A stretch of 30,741 nt of DNA, taken from contig NC_057753.1 of NCBI RefSeq assembly GCF_004010195.1, positions 4,476,060 through 4,506,800 on the forward strand. Direction: 5' to 3'. Made by a program: the position numbers and the translations under genes. Source of the stretch: Chiloscyllium plagiosum (lineage: Eukaryota). A model generated the notes under the pieces. The model did no database searches and was not told the DNA's origin. It saw nothing but the letters and a program-made list of their open reading frames with translations. Positions 1-12,290 of the stretch are shown piece by piece (within the stretch, counting starts at the first letter, position 1; each line of letters opens with the position of its first letter).

Positions 1-600
1 GAACTGTTTCAGATTAACTCAGGAATAATCATTTTGACAGATGGAATTCTGGTTAGAGATGCATTAGACAGGTTCAGTGTTGAAAGATCATTGGCAGGAC
101 GCAATGTTTCAACAGCACATCTGTTGAAACAATCTCAGAACAAAGCTATTTTACAGACGTGAAATTTTTGATCTTCCTGATGGAATAAATATGTAGTCAC
201 CAGATCATTCCCTGATCCGAAGTATGTGAGTCGTCAGTTTGTTCATCAAACAGCCGCAGAAGAGCCGGAAAGCTTCTCATGAGCTCAAAAGTGTACATTA
301 GTAGGTGATGGGAATATTTGAGTGTCCATGCAGTAGAAACATGACCATCTGCGAAGATTGTGTCAAGGTAATGGTAAATGTGAGATAAAGAGGGAAGGCA
401 ACAGGTTCTGTATGGAAAATATTTATGTAATCGATAATGTTGCAAGAGCAAATGGCAAACTTTGGGAGTGGATGTCTCATAAATCACGTGATTAACTATA
501 GTTGGATACACAAGTGTGAACATTAATTAACTGGGCTATCAAGAGTGGAAACTTAATTAACTAATAGATAAAAATAGATCCAAGCAAGGATGGTTTCGTT

Positions 601-1530
601 CATAGAACAAGCATAGAACATAAAAGTGTACAGTACAGGAACATGCCCTTCAGACCACGATGCTGTTCAGAACATGATGCCAAATTAAACTAATCCCTTC
701 TGCCTGCCGTTGTCCCATATTACTCCATTCCTTGCATATTCATGTGCTTATCTAAAATTCCCTTAAATGCCGTTGTCGTGTTTGATTCCACCACTATCTG
801 TGGCAGTGCGTTCCAGACTCTGACCGTGTACAAAACTTACCTCTCACATCTCCTTTGAGCTGTTCCCCTCTCACCTTAAATGCATGTCCCTTCATATTAG
901 AGATTTCAACTCTGGGGGAAAAAAGATTCTGACCGTCAAAACTTATCTGTGCATCTTATCAATTTACAAACTACTACCAATTGTTCTCCCAGCCGCCAAC
1001 GCTCCAGAGAAAGTAACACGAGTTTTTCTAACCTCTCGTTATTTCTCATACCCTGCAAAGCTCCTCTGCACCCTCTCCAAAACCTCCACATCCTTTCTGG
1101 AACGTGGTGAACAGAATTGAACACTGTATTGTAAGCATGGCCTGGTCAAAGTCTTAAAATGCTGGCACATGACTTCCAAACCTTTGTACTCATTTTCATT
1201 ACCAAGAGAGGCAAGCATGCCACACGCCTCTTTTAAAGAGTATGTTATCTACTTATGTGACCAATGTCAGGGAGTGATGGACTTAAACTCCAAGGATCCA
1301 ACAATTAACTATATATTTTTCCTTAACATTTGTCCCCCAGAATGCACCATTTCACACCTACTCAGTTTGAACTCCATTTGCCATTTCTCCACTCATTTCT
1401 GCAGTTGATCTCTACCCCACTATATCCTTTGACAATCTACATTGTCGAACACTGCACTAATCTTTGCATCATCTGAATACTTATCAACCTACATATTTAA
1501 ATTTTCATCTAAGTCATTTTTATATACATA
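601..1530 (-). mobile_element. Decayed CR1-type LINE, 3' portion (RT C-terminus and 3' UTR)
   Basis: Begins with (catagaa)n-like units, the reverse complement of a (TTCTATG)n CR1 tail, followed by degenerate CR1-like sequence. No intact ORF. Confidence 0.75.
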
Positions 1531-1534
1531 TTTA

Positions 1535-1563
1535 CACACACACACACACACACACATACACAC
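1535..1563. repeat. (CA)n microsatellite
   Basis: Seen directly. Confidence 0.95.
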
Positions 1564-1599
1564 TCAAATTAGCAGTGCATTTATTTTTCACAAGGATTC

Positions 1600-1904
1600 T
1601 GGTATGGTGGCTCAGTGGTTTGCACTGCTACCTCACAGCACCAGAGTCCTAGGTTCAATTCCAGCCTTGGGCGACTGTCTGTGTGGAGTTTGTACATTCT
1701 CCCTGTGTCTGCGTGGGTTTCCTCTGCATGCTCTGGTTTCCTCCCATGAAGATGTGCAGGTTAGGTGAATTGGCCATACTAAATTACCTGTAGTTTTAGG
1801 TGCATTAGTCAGAGGGAAATGGGTCTGGGTGTGTTACTCTTTGGAGGGTCAGTGTTGACTGGTTGGGCTGAAGGGCCTGTTTCCATACTGTAGGAATCTA
1901 ATCT
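1600..1904 (+). mobile_element. HE1-like tRNA-derived V-SINE
   Basis: A-box TGGCTCAGTGG, B-box GGTTCAATTCC, V-domain-type GTGGAGTTTGTACATTCTCCCTGTGTCTGCGTGGGTTTCC, LINE-like tail GAAGGGCCTGTTTCC...AATCTAATCTA. Confidence 0.88.
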
Positions 1905-2030
1905 AAAATAAAATTTTAACAGGATTGTTACTTTCATTATGGTGATGCAATGTTAAATTGATTAACTTGATCTTGAGTGTCTGTTGAACATCCATCAAAA
2001 TACAATGTAGAAGAATATAGAATAAAAAAA

Positions 2031-2162
2031 GCTGAAAGCACTGCAGATGCTTCAAATCAGGAAATAAAAAACAGAAATTGCTGGAAAAGTTCACCAAGTC
2101 TGGCAGCATCTGTGGAGAGAAATCAAAGTTAATGTTTCGGGTCCAGTGACCTTTGCTCAGAA
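2031..2162 (-). mobile_element. PLE terminal fragment with degenerate hammerhead motif
   Basis: Minus strand reads CTGAGCA-AAGGTC-ACTG-GACCC-GAAACATT...GATGCTGCCAGAC; the hammerhead core is mutated. Confidence 0.65.
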
Positions 2163-3115
2163 TTTGCTTAGTCCTTCCTTCCTGAGAAGAATATAGATTA
2201 AGAGCTCCTAATTGTTTGATCATTGCAGACAAAATATTGAATGCAGCAATAAAAATCATGTTAGGGTATAAAAGAATACACCGATTAAAATGTCACAACT
2301 ATCCTTGCAAGTCTCACCTTGCTGGTAGATGCTAAAGTTACAAGATTAAAAGCTGGTTTATTCATGAGCACCAAACATGTCACATTACCGAACTGCCCAC
2401 TGACACAAATAGGGCGAACAAAGAAACAATGCAATCATCAAGTTAGACTTTAAGTATTGGCAACAAGAACAGACTCAATGTCTTGAATGCTGATTGTGTG
2501 ATTGTAGATAATTGAATTCTTGGAATTAAGACAGACGTGTAGTTTTCAACTATTCCATCAGTTGATCTCTTAGAAAGACTGAACCATAATTTCCCTTTGA
2601 ATAGTGTCCAATATTCAGTTGTTATTGTAGACAAATTCAGAATCAATATGAAAAATAAAGCAGGACTTTGCTATAAGCTGTCCCTGATAATATTATCAAG
2701 TGTTCCAACTTTCTGATGTAATTTCTATTAAACCCTGGATATCTGCCCAAATGAAATTATAATTAGATTTTAGTGGTGTACGGTCGTGAGTCGCATTTTC
2801 CTTGAGCATTATTTTCACATTTAGCATTAATTAGAATTAAGTTGCCAGTGTTGCTCAGAACCAGAAAAGATAAAATTGAATCGAAAAGGCCTCAATGCGC
2901 CATGTTAAAAGTCATCTAGATTCCACAATTTCTCCCACTAATTTATCTGATTTGTTCTTCTGTCACTCCTACTCTCCAATCTAGGCTTTCTGTTCTCAGC
3001 TTTGCCTTTCTTACCCTCTTCCAACACTTCCAATTTCACTATTCATTTAGCCTCAATTACACTTTCCTACAGCTAACTGCCAGGGCACTTTTGGGTCATT
3101 ATAAGTAGGCTATGG

Positions 3116-3237
3116 AGAAGGGCCTGTGCCCGAAACGTCGAATCTCCTGTTCCCTGGATGCTGCCTGACCTGCTGTGCTGTTCCAGCAATAAAGTTTCAA
3201 CTTTGATCTCCAGCATCTGCAGACCTCACTTTCTCCT
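3116..3237 (+). mobile_element. PLE terminal fragment, truncated inside the hammerhead core
   Basis: AGAAGGGCCTGTGCCCGAAACGTCGAATCTCC...; near-identical to the reverse complement of 15952-16065. Confidence 0.8.
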
Positions 3238-3239
3238 GG

Positions 3240-3570
3240 AAAAATTCAATCAAATTAGTAAGACATGACCTACCTGTATAAAACCACGCTGACTCTCCCA
3301 CACCTTTCCAAATGTGTGTAAAGCCTATCCCTAAGAATTGTCTCCAACTGCTTACCAAAGACTGATGTGGTGTCTGACCTTGCCATCTTTGTCCTTCCTT
3401 TTTACTGGATCATGTTGGTCTACAACTCTCAGCAGCAGGTGTTCAAACAATTCCTACATTTCAAATGTGGATTTTCCTGATAACAGCTCGTCCCAATCAA
3501 CACTCTCTCGCCCCTGCCTAATGCTGACATAATTTGCTCTTCCCCAAGTCAGTGCATTCCAGCAAGATAC
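3240..3570 (-). mobile_element. Highly decayed CR1-type LINE fragments
   Basis: Minus strand GAGAGTCAGCGTGGTTTTATACAGGTAGGTCATGTCTTACTAATTTG resembles the SQHGF..GRSCLTNL RT motif. Confidence 0.5.
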
Positions 3571-4503
3571 TGTTACGACTTGTGGTAAAATCTCCTGCTT
3601 AATTTAAAACCAGCAACACAAAAGATTTATCCCGTGCAGTAATCTGTAAAACTTCGATAGCCAAGAACTACTTAACATAAAAATTAACATCTTCACTTTT
3701 TAAAGTGTAACGGACAACAATGAACAAACAACTATTTAGAAGTCCTTACTCTAACCTATCTTTTACCTTAACTTCTATAATATTAATCCGATAAAATACC
3801 CGATTACAATTTAAATAAACCACAACTTCTTATCTCAAAAGCAGGCAGCATTTGTTCTTCTCTATGCAGAGAGGGGTAAGGGTGTGGATTGCATTACTTG
3901 CCAATGTAGTCAACTCAGTCACATGAGGGAGATTTAAACAACCCTTGGATAAGCACATGGATGATGATGGGATAGTGTAGGGGTATGAGCTGAGAACAGT
4001 TCACTGGTCGATGCAACATGGAGGGCTGTAGGGCCTGATCTGTGTTGTATTGTTCTACGTTCTATGTTCTATATTTTGGTCTTCTTTTCTGCGTCTTGGG
4101 GATTTTGCTTCACAGATTACTGTTTGATAAAGATACCTTTAAGAGAGCTATTTTTCAGGCAGCCTTGTTACATGCGGATAGCTTGGCAGTTCTCCCCTCA
4201 ACTGTTCAAGTTTCCCCAGTCGTATATCCCCAAAAGCATTAAATTGTGTCGTTGGCTTTTAAGATTGTCCATATACATAATTCAAAATAGATTGGAGTTT
4301 AGTATTTTTCTGGGTATAATTTAAACTGATTGGCCTAAATCGAATCTGTTTTGTTGTTTCCAGGCAACCAATTACCCTAGCTACCCCAGTGGCTGGAGTG
4401 CATGTTACATTGCATCTTATTGAGAACACTTGGTGCTGTCACATAGTTCTTGCTAGCTGTTAACTCTCTTTAAGGTACAGTACACCCAGATCTTCAAATG
4501 ACA
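3571..4503 (-). repeat. Probable 3' LTR of the Gmr1-like element, interrupted by a CR1 tail
   Basis: Bounded by TG...CA (tgttacgac at 3571; ...aatgaca at 4503) immediately downstream of the pol stop at 4526. No second LTR copy is available to confirm. Confidence 0.5.
3865..4072 (+). mobile_element. CR1-type LINE 3' end inserted in the LTR
   Basis: AGGGTGTGGATTGCATTAC...TTTAAACAACCCTTGGATAAGCACATG...AGGGCCTG...TGTTCTACGTTCTATGTTCTAT tail. Confidence 0.75.
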
Positions 4504-4525
4504 AATCTCATCCAAACTCTGTCAG

Positions 4526-7500
4526 TTAAATCCACGATAACACACCTGCAATTACATTCTTCTGACCCGCAACATGTATGATTTTTAAATTAAAAGTCTG
4601 TAACATAAGACTCCAACGAAATAGTCTCATACTCTTGTCTTTAAAACGTTCGAAGAATGTAAGCAGATTGTGGCCGGTGTACACAACCGTCTCTGACACA
4701 TTGTTCATGACTTACACATTAACATGCTGTAAGGCCAGTACCAAACTCGATGGTTCTATTTCAATTGTGGAGTATTTCCTCTGGTGGATGGTGATCTTCA
4801 AAAAGTAACCAACTCGCAGTTCAATCACATCCTCATCTTCTTGTCGGAGCACAGCTTCAACTCATATGTCACTAGCATCGATGACAACTTTAAAAGGTTT
4901 TGAAACCTTTGGTGTAGATAACACTGGTTTGGGGGTTAATATGGCTTTCAAATGGTCGCATGCCTCCTGGCATTGTTCTGTCCACCGAAACCTTGTGTCC
5001 TTCTTCAGTAAATCAGTCAATGGTGCCACTACACTGCTGAAGGTTGGAAAAAACTTCCAACAGAATTCGCTGAGTCCTAAGAATCAAAGCACCTCTTTCT
5101 TCGAGGTGGATCGTGGAAATTCCTCGGTGGCCTTCGTCTTTGCTTTCTGTGGGTTCAGCTTTCCATGACCGATGTTATGTCAGCTCTGCTTTCACAAATT
5201 CAGTTTTGTTTAAGTTTATCACCATGTTGCTCATCGTAGTCGTTCAAAGAACTCTGCCAATTGTACCATATGATCTTTCCAGGAGTTACTAAAGATCACT
5301 ACGTTGTCCAGATAGATTGCACATTTTGTTAACTCAGCCACAACTCTGTTCAAGAGTCTTTGGAATGTGGCAGATACATTCTTCATTCCAAAGGGCATCA
5401 TCTTAAACTGATATAGCCCATTTGGGGTTACAAACGCAGAAATTTGCTGTCTCTGATAAAGGTACCTGCCAGTAACCACGCATTAAGTCCAACTTGATGA
5501 TATAACTGGCTTGTCCGACTTTCTCGATGCAGTCCTCCAATCGAGGATTTGGATGAGTCCGATATTGTAATAGCGTTGACATCTGAATCCAAGCAGAATC
5601 GTTGAGTCCCATCTGCTTCAGCAACTAAGATGATTTACGAACTCCACTCACTCTGGCTTGGTTCGATGATGACCTCATCGTGCATGCACCCCCCTCCCCC
5701 CTTCTGGACCTGTCTGGCATTGAAAGGGTTAAGCTGTTAGGGGTGCTGTTATAGTGGAGCAGTAATTCCTATGTCTACTTCATGTGCAATCGCATTAGTC
5801 CTCCCCATATGATTCTTACGTATGTCCTAGTAATGCAGTAACAAATCTTTCAACTGTTTTCAATGTTCCTGAGACAGATAACTTACTAATCTATCCAACT
5901 CCTCAAGGACTACTTCATTATTAAACCTATTTTGAGGCAAATCAAAATGCACATCATCTGGGTTTGATTCCTCACTCTGCAGGGCAGGAATTAACATCTG
6001 TTTCACCAATTCTTTCTCTCTAGTATAATACGGTCTCAAAATGTTCACATGACATACTCGATACCTTTTTTTCTAGCTGGCAACTTTACTAGTTCGTTCA
6101 TCTGACTCAACTTTTTCTCAATATGATAGGGACCACCTAACCTGGCTTTGAAAGAATCTCCTTTCACTGGTAACAGTATTAACACGTTATCCCCTCGAGA
6201 AGACATCCGAGTTTCAGAGCTCTTATCTGTCACCCGCTTCATTCTACACTGCGCCCTCTCTAGGTGCTGTTTAGCTAACTCACCTACTTGATTTAGTCTC
6301 TTCCTCACCTCCGGTGCATAATCTAAGTGTGAGATCTCCGACTTCAGCCTTGTCAATTTCTTTAAAAATTAATTTCAAAGGGCCACTCACTTCATGACCG
6401 ATTATTAACTCGAAGGGAGTGAACTGAGTAGGTTCGTTTGGGGCATCTCTAATGGCAAACAATACGGATGGGATATCTTTATCCCAATCATTTAGATAAT
6501 CCTGACAGTATGCTCTCAATAGAGTCTTCACGCTCTGACGTCATCTTTCTCAAGCTTTTTGGGATTCAGAATGAGGCGCATTCGAATTAAAGTGCTGCAT
6601 ACCTAATGTATCCATAACCTCCTTGAACAACCTGGGAGGAAAATTAGACCCTTAATCTGACTGAATTTCTCTGGGTAGCCCATGCTGTATGAAGAAAGTT
6701 ACTAAGTCGTCTACCGTCCTTTTTGACTTGATACTCTAAAATGTGATTGCCTCCAGAAATCTGGTAAACACATCCATTATGGTTATCAGGTACTGGTTCC
6801 CACGTTTAGTTCTTGGAAGGGGACCAACACAATCAATGATAACTCGTGCGAAAGGTTCTTCAAATGCGGGAACTGGCAGGAAAGGTGCTGGTTTTATTAC
6901 TGCCTGTGGCATACCTACCATTTGGCATGCATGACAAGTACAGCAAAAGTTAACCACATTCCTACACATTCCATGCCAACAAAAATGTTTTTGTACATTA
7001 GCCTGAGGCGTTCAAAAACCTAGGAGACCTCCTACAGGTAGTTTATGTGCTACCTGTAACACCTCCTGTCTCTATGCTACCGGCAACACAATCTGGTGCA
7101 CTTCAGCCCATTTCTCCTCTGCACTAACCTGCCATGATCTCCATTTCGGTATTAAGGTTCTATATTTCTGATAATAACGCTCCGGAATATTCTCTGCCTC
7201 TTTTTCAGAGTACATATCCAAATATATTTATTTATACACACACACACACACAAACACACGCACAAACATATATCTATCTTTAATCGTCTTGTCTTGCTGT
7301 TGCAAGTCTCTACGCCTTTCAGGAGTAAACACTTATGTCTGACCCTTTGCAGGAATTTCCTGCACCATTACATCAAACAGGGTATCTGCCAAATGAACCT
7401 CAACTCCGTCATCTTTCTCTAGACCTTTTACTTCGTGCTGTGACTTATCATAGTAGAATCTGATTACCACACAGTCTGGGAAAATACCAGGATATTTCTG

Positions 7501-7900
7501 TTTTAACTCCTTAGTTTCTTAGTCTTCCATGGGCTTCTGCACACAAGCGATGTCATTCACAGCTTGGATCCTGCCAAATCATTCCCAAGAACAAATTGAA
7601 TTCTTAGAGCTAACACTAACTCCCACTGTAAATTGCTCAGTCTTGAGTTGACACTCCAATATGATCTTACATGGGGAAGCACTAAATTTGTGTCCATCTA
7701 TCCGACCAATTATCACACTCTAGGGGAACAGATCAGAAAGAGTGCATATTCACTCATCCCTTACTATCAGCGACTGGTTAGATCCTGTATTTCTCAAACT
7801 TGTAATTTCTTGTCTTTTACCCTCGTTCTTTCTGAGTAAACTTTACCCACAGAAACGAATTCTTTGTAGAGATCAGGTACTAACTGCATAACCAGCCACT
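4526..7900 (-). pseudogene. pol: Pol remnant with PR-IN-RT-RH order
   Basis: IN: CCTCHACQ, FARVIIDCVGPLP, WDKDIPSVLFAIR, FTPFELIIG, GPYHI. RT: KLDLMRGYWQVPL, MPFGMKN, YLDN (from YLDD). RH: VYTGHNLL, RLFRWSLMLQ, NVIAGVLS. Confidence 0.9.
7235..7268. repeat. Imperfect (CA)n microsatellite inside pol
   Basis: Seen directly. Confidence 0.9.
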
Positions 7901-7999
7901 GCCTAGGGTGTACACTGTTCTGCAGCTCCTCAGCTCTTTCTCGGGTCTCCTTTACTTCCCCCACTAATACCACTGGCTTAGCTTCTTTTCTCACAGTGC

Positions 8000-9309
8000 C
8001 CTTCTTTAACGACCAGCAGTGTTACTTCACGTGTCCCTCTTAGCACGCTTGAAACACCTAAGGCCTTTCACCTCCTTTCCCCACCTCTCGGGCTTCTTTT
8101 TTATCCTGTGGTAAATTCTTACCAGTGCTCTCTACTCTTGGTTTAGGAGTGTAGGATCTCCCGTTCTTCCAACTTCTATCCCTCACAGGGCGAAATTCTG
8201 GCTGGAAGCTAGTCTTATGCACCAACATGGACTCATCTGCTAATTCTTCAGCCTTCCTCATTTCCTGAACTTTCTTCTTCTCCACGTGAATTCTTACCAC
8301 CTCTGGAAGTACGTTTTTAAATTCCTGCAGCAGAATAATGTCTCTTATAGCCTCAAATGTCATATCTATTTTCGAACCACGTACCCATCGATTAAAATGA
8401 CTATGTTTAATTCTTTCAAACTCATCATAAGTCTGACCTCGTTCCTTCTTTGTGTTTCTAAACCGCTGTCTATTTGCTTCTGGTACCAATTGATAAGCAC
8501 TTAAAATAGCCTGTTTAACCTCTTCACAATCATAGAACATAGAACATAGAACATAGAAGAATACAGCGCAGTACTTGTGTTTCTAAACTGCTGTCTATTT
8601 GCTTCTGGTACCAATTGATAAGCACTTAAAATAGCCTGTTTAAATTCTTCACAATCCATTGATGTCTCATCGGACAGTGCGGCAACTACCTCACTAGCTC
8701 TGCCTCCCAGTTTACTCTGAACTAGCGTTACCCATCAATCCTCAAACCACTCTATCTGCCTAGCCAGTTCTTCAAATGAAATAAAGAAGACTTCAACATC
8801 TTTCTCATCAATACGTGGCAGAGTTTTGACATATTTAAATATATCGCGACCTTTTCTTTTAATCTCCATCCTGTTAACTTCTGACTATATTGCAACTTCT
8901 CAAGTTCAAATTCTCTCTCTTTTTTTGTCTTGCCCTTTCTTCGTTCTTTCCTTGCTCATGTAAGAACCTTCTCTCTTTCTCTCCTTCCCTTCTCTGTCTC
9001 TTTTTCTTCTCTCTGTCTTCTCTCACTGTTTCTCTTTCTCTGTCCCTTTGTTTATCTTCTAACTCCAATTTCCTCAGATGAAATTTAAGTTTTTCTACCT
9101 CTACTGCACTTGTCTGTTTCTCTGATGCACATAATTGTTTGAGTAATTCCCTTCTAATTCAGCTTTGCTTTTATCCTTGGTTAAACCCACATTTAACTTA
9201 TTTGCTAATTCTAAAAATATGTCCTTTTTCTTTCTTTCGAAACTTCCTTGGCAAACTGAGAATTATCTTCAAATCACAGAACTTTTTTTTTAGCAATTTT
9301 AGGAGCCAT
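8000..9309 (-). pseudogene. gag: Gag remnant: coiled coil, SCAN-like capsid domain, degenerate CCHC knuckle
   Basis: E/R/K-rich coil (ORF 8874-9068); KQAILSAYQLVPEANRQRFR...IILLQEFKNVLP...AEELADE (ORF 8058-8540); CFK...GHVK*HCW remnant across a frameshift. Confidence 0.82.
8532..8574 (-). mobile_element. 43-bp CR1-type 3' tail flanked by 82-bp direct repeats
   Basis: atagaacatagaacatagaacatagaagaatacagcgcagtac lies between copies at 8450-8531 and 8575-8656. Confidence 0.8.
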
Positions 9310-9340
9310 TTCTCTCACTTTTAATTTCAGCAATTCAAAG

Positions 9341-9870
9341 TTTGGAGTTTGTGGATGCGTGCCATGCTTCTAGGAATTCCCTGGCTGTTCTTTGTTTGGC
9401 TTGCCCTATAATGGTAGTGTTGTCCCAGTCGAATTCGTGTTGCTTATCATCTGCGTGTGTGGCTACTGGGGATAGCTGGTCGTGTCGTTTCGTGGCTAGT
9501 TGGTGTTCGTGGATGCGGATCGTTAGCTAACTTCCTGCTTGTTCTATATAGTGTTTTGTGCAGTCCTTGCATGGGATTTTGTACACTATGTTAGTTTTGC
9601 TCATGCTGGGTATCGGGTCCTTCGTTTTGGTGGGTTGTTGTCTGAGAGTGGCTGTTGGTTTGTGTGCTGTTATAAGTCCTAGTGGTCGCAGTAGTCTGGC
9701 TGTCACTTCAGAGATGTTCTTGATGTATGGTAGTGTGGCTAGTCCTTTGGGTTGCGGCATGTCCTCGTTCTGTTGTCTCTCCCTTAGGCATCTGTTGATG
9801 AAATTGCGAGGATATCCGTTTTTTGCGAATACCTTGTATAGGTGTTCCTCTTCCTCTTTTTGCAGTTCCA
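9341..9870 (-). mobile_element. PLE ORF fragment: RT thumb/linker and GIY-YIG endonuclease
   Basis: NGYPRNFI, TLPYIKNISE, KDPIP..KTNIVYKIPCKDCTKHYIEQ; after a frameshift, IRIHEH...HEFDWDN...REFLEAWH. Confidence 0.88.
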
Positions 9871-9874
9871 AAAC

Positions 9875-9957
9875 GAAGGCTAATGCCCGAAAAGACGATT
9901 CTCCTGTTCCCTGGATGCTGCCTGACCTGCTGCGCTTCTCCAGCAACACATTTTCAG
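9875..9957 (+). repeat. Inverted PLE terminal repeat with degenerate hammerhead half
   Basis: GAAGGCTAATGCCCGAAAAGACGATTCTCCTGTTCCCTGGATGCTGCCTGACC, the same family as 3116 and 16081, in opposite orientation to the adjacent PLE ORF. Confidence 0.75.
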
Positions 9958-10189
9958 AATAAATGAGGCTAGTCCAGTACTTACTTAAAAGGTAGAGGGA
10001 TTATTACATTCTCTGCCATTTAATATATCACTTTAACAGTTATACCACTTCCAAGCTGGTGGATGCACAAAAGGCTTTCTTTGCCAAAGATCTTCCTAAA
10101 CTCTTTTGTCTGTATCTCGGTGAAGAAGTGAGGCAATTTTGTTTTCTTGCTTATATTAGATGTGTTGCTTGTTTTATTTTTTTTTCGTA

Positions 10190-10412
10190 GCAAGCAAGCG
10201 CCGCTGTCCCATCCCTAACTGCCCTAACCGACATTTGTGCATCAGGTGGGTTTTCATAATGACAACAGATGTCATCAACAACAGACCCTTTGTTCTAGAA
10301 TTTTGTTCAATTCAAATTCTATCTTCTGCCATGACAGGATTCAGAACCATGCGCCCAAATTACTGTCTGGGTCTCTGGATTAACAGTTCACTGATAACAC
10401 CATCACTTCCCC
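10190..10412 (-). mobile_element. Degenerate tRNA-derived SINE (Deu/SacSINE-like)
   Basis: Similar to 25190-25537 (AATTCAAATTC...CCATG...TGGGTCTCTGGATTAACAGTTCA). Confidence 0.55.
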
Positions 10413-10559
10413 AACTGCCAATGAGTAGTAATTCAACAGTTCAGATTGCATTGTTACCATGTGGTGTTTCCGGTTAAAATTCTGTGGTATCCAATTTTTC
10501 CTGTTGTGCTGCATATAAGTGAAAGTCAAATGGGGTATATTACTTTCATGAACATCATT

Positions 10560-10828
10560 AAATCTCTACAGTGTGGAAACAGGTCATTTGTAGTAATAAG
10601 TCCACACCGAACCTCCGAAGAGTAACCCACCCAGACTCATTCCCCTACCCAATGTCTTTACATCTCCCCTGAACACAATGGGCAGTTTAGCATAGCCAAT
10701 TCACTTAACCAGCACGTCTTTGGATTGTGAGAGAAAATCCACTCAGACAGAAGGAGAATGTGCAAACTCCATACACATAGTCGCTGGTATTGAACCCGGG
10801 TCCCTGGCGCTGTGAACCACCATGCCAC
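10560..10828 (-). mobile_element. HE1-like V-SINE with internal deletions
   Basis: Reverse-complement tail ctacagtgtggaaacagg, V-domain ggagaatgtgcaaactcca, head tgaacccgggtccctggcgctgtga. Confidence 0.82.
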
Positions 10829-10998
10829 ACAGTTAATAATTAATATGAAGTTAATCTATCCCAACCTGCTGTTGAAAGACAATGAGGCACATTAATTGTG
10901 TCTCTGGTGGTTTAACATCAGATATAATAAAGGATACATCATTAGGGAAACAAACTACGAGTGTGATGCTGATCAGCCGCCACTGTTTCTCGCAGAAA

Positions 10999-11068
10999 AT
11001 GCACACTCCACCTCGAGGACCCCTCTATGCTGTATACTACACCATCCTTGCAGTGATTGCGGTTCCAG
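10999..11068 (+). CDS. Exon 1 of GPR139/GPR142-like orphan GPCR (N-terminus and first half of TM1)
   Basis: AAAATG start; MHTPPRGPLYAVYYTILAVIAVP then G|GTAAAG phase-1 donor that matches the phase of exon 2. An alternative in-frame ATG lies at 10966. Confidence 0.82.
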
Positions 11069-12290
11069 GTAAAGTGTTTCAAGTAGTAAACTTGTTGTTG
11101 TTGTGCCAAGCTGAAAATGCTTTACTTTATTGTCACAAATTATTGAAAATATGTTTAACTGTCAAGCCTAATTATGCGTTTATATGCATGCAGACAGCTT
11201 GTGCAACGGAGCAGAATAAAATAAATTAAGCATAACATCACCGTTTAAAGAGCACTCAAAATTGATTTCACTTTGAGTGAAACCTCTTGTTCTCATTAAC
11301 TGTGTTCGAACGACCGAAATCCATATCCCTCGCAAGATCATTATGTTCTTCCCCATTTTTAAATATTCTCGAGAAGGTGTCAGCGAATTGCCTTCCAGTG
11401 TTAGTACAGTCCGTATAAACTTGGACCATTGTGATAAAGAGCCAAACATTTGACACTCTCTGTCTGGTGATACTTTGATTTTTTTTTTACCAATGAAAGA
11501 TAGATTTATAATAAATAGAAGTACGTGTCTCCTATTTGGTTTATCAAGCCCACTCTGTATTTCAGCACGATAATGGCTACTCCTCTAACATAACCTTGTT
11601 ATTCCTCACTCTCACTATTACCCTTCACCCACTAAATCTCTCAAAATATATTTATTTCTTTGTTACATTCAATCACTTTGTCTATACAAGGAGACAATTC
11701 CATAGCATCAATGCACTCTGCATCCTGAAAGTTTTCCTCACCTCAGTTTAGTGAACTTGCACTGTACAGCTTTTCAGGACAGGGTCAACATCATCCTTGT
11801 TTCCAGTCTGTCTAGTCATATAAGAATGCTATATGTTTTCGTAAGTTGTTTTCTCCCTCTCTTAAACGCCAGCAAGTACAAGACTAGTCATCAGTCATCT
11901 CAATGTCTCCTTACTCAAAAAGTGGAAGTCCAGCAATCAGTCTGATGGACCTCGATTCTTCTACTCTTTCCAGGACAACACACTCTTTTCTTTTGTAGGA
12001 AGACAAAATTACAGATAATTCCTACAGGTGCGGTCCCATCAAAGGGCTGCACAGCTGAAGTAAGATTTATTTATTTTGGTACTCAAATACATATTGCAAT
12101 GATGGCCAGCAGACCATTTTTTTTTCGTAATGGACCACGTCTCTTTGCACATCAACATTTCTCAAACTGTTACCATTTAAATTCAATTCTTTTTTGTTTT
12201 TCCGACCATATTGGGAAGCTTCACAATTACCTAAATGATATTGTAGCTGACATGCTTTTGCCTACTTGCTCAATGTGCAGTATGTGATAG

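Larger units (their letters stand above)
3571..9335 (-). mobile_element. Decayed Gmr1-like Ty3/Gypsy LTR retrotransposon lacking its 5' LTR
   Basis: Minus-strand order is gag (ATG about 9309), protease (LRNTGSNQS about 7770-7797), integrase (about 6045-7050), RT (about 5170-5750), RNase H (4526 to about 4950), with many stops and frameshifts. Confidence 0.9.

Noticed and set aside
197..523. 108-aa minus-strand ORF and overlapping 60-aa ORF
   Set aside because: No recognisable motif or supportable exon structure; length is compatible with chance.
1600..1680. tRNA gene candidates here and at other A/B-box sites
   Set aside because: The boxes run directly into SINE body sequence; these are SINE heads.
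10923..10931. TATAATAAA as the GPCR TATA box
   Set aside because: The position is plausible, but such motifs are common in AT-rich DNA and the transcription start is unknown.
10882..11229. 115-aa ORF as a stand-alone gene
   Set aside because: It is GPCR exon 1 plus read-through into the leader and intron.
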